Notes under the pieces: model-generated
The model's database searches: none
The model's input: only the letters and a program-made list of their open reading frames with translations
What the model was told of the DNA's origin: nothing
Origin: Camelus dromedarius
Taxonomy: Eukaryota
DNA length: 64,000 bases
Assembly (NCBI RefSeq): GCF_036321535.1
Contig: NC_087437.1
Location: forward strand, 12,774,001 to 12,838,000
Direction: 5' to 3'
Position numbers and translations under genes: made by a program
Shown: positions 54,642-64,000 of the stretch, piece after piece
How positions within the stretch are numbered: position 1 is the stretch's first letter
Layout of the letters: the number at the start of each line of letters is the position of its first letter

Positions 54642-54859
54642 TCTAATTCTTTAAGGAAGCATATTCTCTGAAATGTTCAGCCAGCTAGTCTTTCTATACC
54701 AGTGGTGTATCCAGAAATTTTGCAACATAAAATCAGAAAGCTGGATTTCAGTAATGGAATAATACCAATAATTATAATAACAACAGCTAATGCTTATGTA
54801 GTATGTCAGGCAGTGTTTCAAGCACCTTTCTTGATATCTTCTCATTTAATCCTCACAAT

Positions 54860-55318
54860 TTATGTCCACTCGCAGGTAAGCAGTAAACCCAACCTACTGA
54901 CACTGGGTTGTGGTGAAGGAAAGTGCAGTGTTTATTGCAGGATGTCAGACAAGGAGTCTGGGGCAGCTAATACCCTAAAAGCCTGAACTCCTGGTTGGGT
55001 TTCAGCAAAGCATTTTTAAAGGCCAGGTGAGGGAGGGGATTGCAGAGTGTGTGATCAGCTTGTGCACAGTTCTCTGATTGGTTGGTGGTGAGGTAATGGG
55101 GCGGTGTCACAGGGGTTAACATTACTAATGCTAAGGCTCCAGAAGGCCCGGGGACTACAAGCTCAGGGTCATCAAGTAGTTAACTTCTTCCATTTGGTGG
55201 GGGGTTTTCACATCTGTAAAACAGCTCTGGAATGTGCATTGGACACTGTTATCTGGGTGCTGCAGAGAAGAGCCACAGCAGAGGGTACGGGGGAGGTACC
55301 GGGTCCTGCTCAGCTACA
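54860..55318 (-). mobile_element. LTR39-like ERV1 solo LTR splitting a MIR
   Basis: 'gtttattgcagg' poly(A) signal, 'tttttaaagg' TATA-like, 'ctgattggttgg' CCAAT on the minus strand; ends 'cctgctcagctaca'. Confidence 0.75.
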
Positions 55319-55510
55319 ACTATGTAATTTAGGTAACACTGATGTCTGCATTGTATGGATAAAGAATCTGAAATTTAGTGAAGTTAAAAAGCGTGTGCGA
55401 AGTCACACAATCAAAAAAAAAAAAAAGTGACAGAGTGGGGACACAAGAGTGTCTTCTGCCTCTTAAGGAGTAGGCTTTTAACCTCATGAATATACCACCT
55501 GCCCAAAGAG

Positions 55511-55825
55511 TGTTGCTGAGTCCAGACTCGTTCTGCTCGCTGCATGACAGGCCAATAAATCGGGAGATGAGGTGCTGGGGCAAGGAATGGCGACTTTATT
55601 CGGAAAGCCGGCAGACAGACAGGATGGCAGACTAACGTCTTGGAGAACCATCCTCTAGTCAGAATACAGGCTCCTTTTATGCAAATAACGAGGGAGGGGT
55701 GTGGTTGATGGTTGCAAACTTCTTCCTGCAGGCATTCTTTGTTCTTGCAGCCAGCCGCATCCCCGTGGGCCAGGTCATGGTGTCCCCGTAAACCTCCAAC
55801 AAAACAAAGGTTATTCTCTATTACA
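55511..55825 (-). mobile_element. ERV1 solo LTR
   Basis: TG...CA termini with perfect 4-bp TSD AGAG (55507-55510, 55826-55829); 'ctttattc' poly(A) signal. Confidence 0.85.
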
Positions 55826-56287
55826 AGAGCAAGGGCTGAGAGTCTACCAGAGCTACCTACCTCTTTTGGGCCTTGTTCCCACTTCAGAGAAGGAATAATG
55901 CAAACTTTTCTGAACATCTCCTTTTGTTTCCTGACGGTCTCCTTTTCTTTATTTTGAAAGATGTGACTTATTATTATTATTTTTTTTGCAGGTCCTGACA
56001 AATTAAATTCAATATATAAAGACTGATAACCAACCCCCAACTTGAAAATCAGAATGATTCTTTCCTAAGTGTATCTATTCTACGCTTTCCAGATTTAATC
56101 TAAGTGTATCTTTATAATTTAAAAAAATCATCATAGTATTTTAAAGGAAGGACCTCTGATGATGATGATGGTACATTTTTCATATGCCATCACATGGTAT
56201 GTGATATATGCTCATTTTAAAAAATTAAAGCAGCGCAGAAGAGTATAGGTCAGCCCTCTCTCCACACTCCTCACCGCTGCCTAATAA

Positions 56288-57183
56288 TGTTACTGAACAA
56301 AAGTTCATGTGCCCTGTGAATGAAAAATACTGTAAACCGTATCAGTAAACAAAGAATGCTGAAGCCATCAAGTCAGAGGCTGCCGTCACCCCCCTAGTAA
56401 AGACAAGCCTGCAGCCCGGCCTCTGCAGCCACTCACAACGGTGCACCCTGAGGGGACTCAGAATAAGAAAGGACAGGATACTGGCCCTAGATAGCTGGGT
56501 GCTTGTCAAAGGAATGAATTCAATGAGCCCAAGTGTTTGCTCCCTCCCATACATAGAAAGGCACTAAATTCTTTAACTTGAGATGCCTGGTTTTCTTTAG
56601 TCAACAAGTAATTTTTTAATGTTCCAACTACCTGGTCTTTGTTGTAAAACTCCTATATGTCCTAGCTCCTCCCCTACCTCTTTGGAGCAGTCCCTGAGAG
56701 CAATCTGGGAGGCTGTCATCCTGGCTCTAGTCCTCCCGCCAAATAAAACATAACTCTCAACGTGTAGGCTGTCAGGGAGAAGTTTTTATACGCAAAATTT
56801 AGAGTGAGGGCTGCAGGGTGTGTGACCTTCTTCTGATTGGCTGGTGGGGAGGTAACAGGGCGGTGTTCCAGGAATCTCGTGCTCAGCCTGAAGTTACCAT
56901 CCTCCACCTGGTTGGGGGCTTAGTTCCTGCAGAAAACCCAAAGGTATTGTTCTGTGTGTCCTTTGAGAAGGAACCAGGACCCTGCTTTAATCACTGCACT
57001 ATAGTTTCTTGATTGCTCCTCTTCTGTTTCTGCATTCCCTTACTTGCCTGATTAGCAACTCTTTGAATCTGCTTTTTGGTATTTAGGAAGGTCTAGGAGA
57101 CTGAAAACTTCATCCTGCAAATAAGAAACTACACCAAAAGGCTTCGGGGTCCAGGAGGGCCCCAAGGGTCCTTCTTGGTTTCA
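56288..57183 (-). mobile_element. LTR39-like ERV1 LTR with a nested opposite-strand LTR (about 56316-56772)
   Basis: TGTTACTG...GGTTTCA, near-TSD ATAA/GTAA; internal plus-strand LTR with 'cctatat' and 'aataaaacataactctcaac'. Confidence 0.75.
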
Positions 57184-57280
57184 GTAACAGTTTATAACCT
57201 CAAAGTAACTGAAACATGTGTTGCCATTTTGGTCTGGCCTGACTTTAGTAAACAGCACATGAGAATTTCCTTTATCATTT

Positions 57281-58290
57281 TGTTACTGAGCAAGGGCTCT
57301 TGTGCCCATTGTGCAGAAAGCCAGACTCTGACTGCAGGTGTTTGCAGTGGAGTACGGGCTTATTCGCAGGTGGCATGCAAGGACGCTCATGCTCAAAAGA
57401 CCGGAACTCCCCACTGGCTTTCAGGTAAGGGTTTTAAAGACAGTGTCAGGGGAGAGAGTGGTGGGATGTGTGATCACCTCATGGACCTTCTGATTGGTTG
57501 GTAGTGAGGTAACAGGGTGATGTTTTGGAAATCTCAGCCTTCTGGTTCCAACCAGTCTGGGGGTCTGTGTGCTTGTGGTGAGCCTGTAGTCACCATCCTC
57601 CCTCTGGGTGGGAGTCTTAGTTTCTGCAACTCAAAGGGAAGAAATTAACTACTTGATGGCCAAGACCTTCTGGTGCCTAGGAGTTGATAGTGTTGGCCGC
57701 CCTGTTACTTCAACATCAACCAATCAGAGAATTGTGCATGAGCTGATCTCGTACCTGCCACTCCCTTCCCTCACCTGACATGTAAATATGCTTTGCTGAA
57801 ACCTTTCAGGGAGTTCCAGATTTTGTTGGGCACAAGCCATCCTGTCCTCCTTGGTTGGCCCTTCAGTAGGCCTTTCTCTGCTCCAAAATCTGATGTTTCC
57901 GTTTGTTTGGCCTCATGGTGTTATGAGTTGCATGAACTTGGATTCAGTGACAAAAGAGATGTGTCAGCTTGTTATGCATCTCCCTTCAGGAGGAACTAGG
58001 AATCCTGTGACACTGTTGTCCCAATCATTAGCTTCTTGAGCCTGCACTTTGGAACTCAGGGAATATCTAGGAAAAGGAAGTCTTTCCTAAAAGAAGAAGT
58101 GGGAGACATGGAAAGGCTCTTGTATCTGGGAGGGCCCTGCAAGGTCCTGCTCGTTTCAGTGTCTCCTTTTCTTTGATGCTCCTCAATCTTGAGGGGATCT
58201 GGGATGGAACAATAAAAGGATAACATTTTGGATAGAGAGATTTATCATAAACTCAGCAGGGGAACTCAGTTTTAGGGGGACTCAGTTTCA
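57281..58290 (-). mobile_element. LTR39-like ERV1 LTR (extended 5' end) with a nested opposite-strand LTR fragment (about 57637-57951)
   Basis: TGTTACTG start; GTTTCA at both 58158 and 58290; near-TSD ATTT/CTTT; nested fragment flanked by AAAG and homologous to 54860-55318. Confidence 0.72.
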
Positions 58291-58473
58291 CTTTCACTGC
58301 TTAATTCCACCCTAGTCAAGCTCTGTTAAAGATGGTCTGGTGGTGGTTAACCTGCCTGAAGATCTCCTTGCTTTCCAGAGGGATGTGGCAGGAAGAGTGG
58401 GTGCTTTGGACTCAAAAGACTTAAATTTCTATCACTATCACTGGGCTTCACTTTGCTCATCTGCAAATGGAGT

Positions 58474-59112
58474 TGTTACTGGACCCAGCCTGGGTCTGCT
58501 CACCTGCAGCACAGCAAAGCCAATTAACTGACACCCGGTTGTGGTGAAGGCGAGTTCAGCATTTATTGCAGGGCACCAAGCAAGGAGTACGGGCAGCTCA
58601 CACTCAAAAGAACCCTGCTCCCTGATGATCTCCAAGGAAGAGTTTTTAAAGGTAACATTTGGGGGGAGGGCTGCAGGATGCATGACTTTCTTCTGATCGT
58701 TTGGTGGGGAGGTAACAGAGTGGTGTTTTAAGAACCTTAATCATCAGCCTTCTGGTTCCAGCCCACCTGGGGTCTAGTGCTTGTGCTCAGCATGTAGTCA
58801 CCATCCTCTCCCTGGGAGGGGGGTCTTAGTTCCTGCAGAGCAACTCAAAGATATGCATCAGATTGTTATATATGCCCCTTGAGGAGGAAATGGGACTGTT
58901 TTATTGATGAACTATTATCACTACTTTTCTTGTTTAACTGCTTTTCCTTTGTTTCTGAATTCCCTCACTTCCCGAATTAGTAACTCCTTGTGCCTTCTCT
59001 TTGGAACTCAGGGAAGGCCTAGGAGAATACAGCATTTTTCTACAAACAAGAAGGAGGGACATGGGGGAGCTTTTGTAGCCAGGAGGGCCCCAGGAGGTGC
59101 TGCTTGGTTTCA
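58474..59112 (-). mobile_element. LTR39-like ERV1 solo LTR inserted in a MIR
   Basis: TGTTACT...GGTTTCA with perfect TSD GAGT (58470-58473, 59113-59116); MIR core 'ctcatctgcaaatgg' continues after the insertion. Confidence 0.88.
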
Positions 59113-60069
59113 GAGTCAGTAATATACCCATGCAACAATGGTTTTGAGCCTCAAATAAGGTTATCTATACACTAAGCATACCCTCTGTGTGATGAATGGC
59201 TATTTTGTTAAGAGCTGAGTGTGGGCTTTTCCATATTAATGAATTCTCTGGGAGCTTGGTTACTCAGTCCAGAAAATTGAATTAGTTTTGGATTTTATGA
59301 TTATTTTCATAATTCTGTATCTATATAGATTTATTTTTATTATAGTGTCATCCATGCGACCCTTTATTAAATAGGGGAAAAGCTTTGTCAAGATAAAAAG
59401 CCCCATATCCAGACTTTAGGAATTTCCCCTAAAATAAGTGCTGTGGAGCACAGAAACGTTAACAAAGAAGCTTATGACATTCCTTCTGAAGAGATGAAAG
59501 ATTAGAAAGCTGCCTCTCTTGGCTGGCGCAGGCCCACCCCGTCCTCGCAGCAGCAGGGGATTAGATGACCTCTGAAGATTCCTTGTAGCTTTGGTTTTGT
59601 TTTTTGATGTCTGTTTAAAGATTATGCTAATACTGCTGATGTAAAATCCTTTGTACACAATGATGGTTAAAAATACTGGCTCCCTGACCTGAATCTATGT
59701 CTGGTTAAAATTGTATATTTGAGATTAACAGGACTCAAATGCTCATGTTTTATACAAGCCATGGGGTCTTTTTTCCTCCTCAAAGAGATTTTTTTGTTAT
59801 TGTTATTTTGGATTAAAGCAAGAGGGAGAAAGTTGGTAAAAATGCATTCAGATAGAGAAGATTTAGCTTATTTTAATAACTAAGCTCAGCTTTTATATTG
59901 TGGGTGAGAAAGATGAATGAATAATAATGTAGAATGCAAAGACCCAGGAGGTAACCCCCAGCCAAGCTATCCACGGAGCAGCATATTAACTAGGAAAGCG
60001 TCTTTGAAGCAGAGAACAGAAAGAGTTCTCCAAATCTGTAAGCATGTATCTACTAAGTAACTCTTACAG

Positions 60070-60310
60070 TGCTTTGGGAGAATGGGCTCTGCAGCCAGCC
60101 TACTGGGGTTCAGATATTGGTTCTGACCTCTTATGCACTCTGTGGTCTTGGCAATGTACTTAACCTATTTGTCCCTTCTGTTCCTCGTCTGTAAAATGGA
60201 GTTGATAATGGTACTTACTTAGGGTTCTCGTGAAGGTGAGATGAGTTAATAAATGTCAAGTGGTTAGCATGGTGCCTACAATACAGTGTGTTCAATAACA
60301 GCAATTAATT
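60070..60310 (+). mobile_element. MIR SINE (other MIRs near 1790-1910, 12330-12550, 23075-23290, 29980-30165, 62850-63070 and 63440-63560)
   Basis: MIR core 'ttcctcgtctgtaaaatggagttgataatggtacttacttagggtt...gtgagatgagttaat'. Confidence 0.8.
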
Positions 60311-60626
60311 CATAGCCTCAAGTATTATTGTGTTTTACTTTGTTTCCTTTTTCTTTTTGCTTCTTTACTTTCATGAAGAAAAATTTAAAAAATTTTAAAA
60401 ATATTAGTATAAGAAACCTCCAGGTATTCATCAGCAGTTCTCCATTCATGGGTAATCTTGTTTTACTTAAATGCCCCTCACTTCCCTGCTTCTATTTGAT
60501 TATTTTGAAACAGATCTCATGTATCACATATTTCATTTATAAATATTCTAGTACATATCTCTAAAATAAAGGTAGCAAATTATGGCCCAATGTCTGTTTT
60601 ACAAATAAAGTCTTATTGGAACACAG

Positions 60627-61144
60627 TGAAGGGGTCCAGAATTTGCAATTGTGGCATAAAAATTATTTTGAACTGAAGTCATTTGAGAATAGTCTTTTTT
60701 ATTTTTTTCTCTGAACTCTTTTATCTGCTTAAGAGCAGGGCCTCCTGGAAAAACTCAATTGTCATAAATCTTCTCCCCAGGAATTTGACAACCAGGGAAA
60801 ACTGACTCTTGTTACAGATATGAGAAGTTGGGACTACATCTAAATAAAACAATTTTACAAGACTATGTCTGTCTTCTAGCTTCCTAAGGGCCCATTCATT
60901 TTCCCTAAAAGTCATTTATTTTCTCATAATTACCCTTTCTTCCCCTCCTCTTCCCCCTACTAAGATAATTTGTGATTCTCAAATTTTAATCAGCTTTTTG
61001 AATCATGTTTTTCTGTGAACTCTTGTGTATGTATGTGAATAAAAATTTGTCTTTCCTCTTCCTAATCTGTTTTTTAATTGTTTTAATTCACAGGCCTCAG
61101 TAACTGAATCTAAGAGGGTAGAGGAAACGTTTTCTTCCTCGACA
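60627..61144 (+). mobile_element. MER34-like ERV1 solo LTR inserted in a minus-strand MER58A (about 60568-61280)
   Basis: TGAAGGGGTCCAGAAT...AATAAA...TTCTTCCTCGACA; near-TSD ACAG/CCAG; MER58 halves on either side. Confidence 0.78.
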
Positions 61145-61989
61145 CCAGCTATGCCCATTCATTTGCTTATTGTGTATAACTGCTTTTGTGCTACAATGGT
61201 GGAGTTGAGTGATTGTGACAGACAGTAAATATTTTACTGTCTGGTCCTTTATAGAAAGAAAATGTCAGCTCTTGCTGTAAAAGATAAGGAGACTTTCTTT
61301 TTAAAAAACATAAATACAGTTCATTTTCACACCTAGAAACATTAATAATAATGCATTCATATTACCAACTATCCAACTGGTATTCACATTTCACAAATGT
61401 CTCTTAAATTAAAAAAAAAAGGGGGGTATATTAAAAAAAAAGAAAGAGAGAAAAACAGGATCCAAATGAGGTCAACACATTGGTATCTCTGAAGTCCTTT
61501 TTAATCCAAAAGAGGCAGTCCTCTTTTCTCTCTTTCCTCTTGTAGTTTATCTGTTAAAGAAACATGCCATTTGTCCTATAGAGTTCCCACATCTGTATTT
61601 TGCTTGTTGAAATCTATGATGTCATTTAACATGTTCCTCTATCCTCTCTATTGCCTAGAACTTGGCCATTTGAACTGTAGACTTAACTTGATCCAAGTGT
61701 ACAAGAACACACCCTGTTCAAGGGTAGTATACGTACTTTCATGAGATAGGACATAATGGCTATCTTTCTGTGATGTTAGCAGACAGGCTGAGTTTTACAA
61801 ATTGCTAATTCTGAATAAAAATCAGCAGTGGAGGAGATGCTTCTTTGAATATGGGAATATCCACCCACAACAGTATTGTGAAATTTTTCAAATTTACCCT
61901 TATTAACTGGGCACCATGGCAGCTATAACTAGGCGGAGATTAGCAGATCTTCACTGGGGGCACACCTCGGACTTCTGACTCTTCTAATC

Positions 61990-62730
61990 ACCTTAAAATA
62001 TATCTGGAATCTATCCGTGTCTTGCCATCTCTCAGGCCCCCGCCCCCCTGGTCCACATCGCCCTCATCTCCTGTCTACATCACTGTAGTAGCCTTTTAAT
62101 AAGTCTCCCTGCTTCTGTGCTTGCTTTCCTGCAGCTTGTCCCCAACTCAACAGCCAGAATAACCCTTTTAAAACCTAAGCCCTGTCACATGACTCCTTTG
62201 TTCAAACCCTTCTGGATAAATATTGAAGTCATTGCAATGGTTCACAAGCTTCTAAATAATCTACACCACTTCTGCTCACCCTACTCCTCAGTTGTCTCTT
62301 TGCAGACCCTTAAGAGCACCATTCCTATCTCTTCAGAGGGTCTTTGCACTGGCTGTTCTTTTTGTCTTTAGAGCTCTTCTCCCAGATGCCCACATGACCA
62401 ATTCTCTTGCCTTCAGGTCTTTGCTCAAATGTCCACCTGCTCAAGAACCCCTAGCCTGAACCCTCTTTTTAAATATTGCATCCTGCCTCCCACCTCCACA
62501 CTACCGATCACTGTCACCCTGCTCTACCTTTTAATTTTCCAAAGTATTAGTTGCCTTCTAACATGCCTTATAATTTACTTATTTTTCTATTGCCTACATA
62601 TTTGTCCCTGCCAGGAGTTAAGTTTCCTGATGGCAGGGTTCTTTGTTTTGTTGACTGAAGCATCTCGTGCCCAAGTCAATGTCTGGCACAGAGAAAGTGC
62701 CTAAACCATACTTGCTGAATGAGCGACTGA
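61990..62730 (+). mobile_element. L2 3' fragment (other L2 pieces near 15130-16060, 24550-25680, 37240-38110 and 53190-54010)
   Basis: Pyrimidine-rich L2 motifs 'cagccagaataaccctttt', 'ctttgcactggctgttc', 'ctcaaatgtccacc', ending 'gctgaatgagcgactgaa'. Confidence 0.7.
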
Positions 62731-64000
62731 ATTTCTGTCACTTCTACCTATAGAGAGAAAACAAATGTACCCCATGGACCAAAAGGCCTCTGACTCACGT
62801 GACCACCCCCTCCCACAATGTTTTGCTTTTCTTCCTCTTGGAGATTAGTCTGTGTATCAGGCACTGTGTTAAATGTTTTCCAGCAGTATCTCCTTTAATC
62901 CTTCAAACAACCCTTAGGAAAATAAGTGCTATTATTATTTCCATTTTCAGGTGATGAAACTCAGGCCTGGGGAAACTCAGCTCTTGGCCAAAATCACACA
63001 GTTAGTAAGATGCAGCGTGAGAGCTGGAGCTCACATCCATCAGACACCTGCACCACGGCTTTAAACCGCTAGGTCCGCCACTTCCCCAGTGGGTGAAACT
63101 GCTCTGAGTTTGGTCATTTATGGGCTATTTCTCTGTTTGTTCATTTAACAAATATTTATTGAGCTCCAACTGTGTGCCAAGTCCTTGGGATATATCAGAG
63201 AACCAAATGAAAATCTGTGCCCGCTGACCTTTCATTACATCTACCTCTTTTCAGAGCCGTGATTCCAGGCTAATGAGGAAGGGGGATCCGGCATGGTCCT
63301 GGGGGCCCTGATTTAGGTCATAGAGAACGCTCCCTCATGTAAAGTCACCCTTCTTCACCCCAGCTTGTTATGGTATTCCGTCTGGGTGAGTTTTGAAAGG
63401 CCTACTTTCAGGTACTTTCTATTTTTTTCTGTCTAGATTTGTCCCCACTTTATAGATGAGAAAACCAAGCCTGAGATGATTTTGAGACTGTCTCAAAGTC
63501 AATTAGTAAATGGCAGAGCTGGGGTTTCTGGCTTCAAATTTTATGTTCATGACACCCTAGCAGCCACTAGAGAGGCACATGGTGAGCTAAGGGATGTGGG
63601 GTGGGGGGAGTGTTTGGGCAGCGTGGTAGATGAGAGGAACATTAAACAAGAAAATGAGGGATCCTGGGAGCCCTGACTTGCCTGTGTGTTTTCGGCAGCT
63701 CAGTAAGGGGGGCGTCTTTGTAGAAGAGGAGGTACAAGGGCAGGTCAGTACTTCTGCAGGGCAGTCAGCCAATTAGAAGAGCTAGAGCAGGGGCCATGCT
63801 GGGAGCCCTGCTCGGGGGACTCTCTGCTTGGAAGCATCAGGATATCTTTCTTCATACTGATTTCCAGAGGTCATAGCCTCAGAGGAATCAGAGATGGGTG
63901 CAGAGAAAGTCACTTGATCTGGGCCACAGCCTTCCACCTCACCTTGCGGGCCGGCTGGACTCAGCTGGGCTCAGGATGCAGCAGGTAACGTCTCCCCCTG

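Noticed and set aside
52885..56040. 169-aa and 209-aa minus-strand ORFs
   Set aside because: They cross LTR, L2 and MIR boundaries and show no protein-family motif; chance frames

Overview
Mammalian genomic DNA, inferred to be camelid (camel/alpaca/llama lineage) from its tRNA-derived Vic-1-like SINEs. It covers the divergent NGLY1-OXSM locus. Minus strand: coding exons 1-7 of NGLY1 (peptide:N-glycanase; 383 codons in the window, gene continues past position 1), all with GT-AG junctions, both Zn-binding CxxC motifs and the Cys309/His336/Asp353 triad. Plus strand: the complete OXSM CDS (mitochondrial 3-oxoacyl-ACP synthase, 460 aa, two coding exons plus a probable non-coding exon 1). Each gene has its own CpG island, about 6.5 kb apart. 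The rest is transposon-derived: L1, L2, MIR, hAT and Tigger MITEs, MaLR/ERVL LTRs and young SINEs. From about 44.6 to 61.2 kb there is a dense, nested endogenous-retrovirus cluster. It includes a decayed class III-type pol joined to a gamma-type env TM remnant, and a MER41-like LTR that keeps a GAS/STAT motif. I see no convincing novel protein-coding system. Repeat family names are from recall of consensus sequences, not a search, and repeat boundaries are approximate unless a TSD is quoted.
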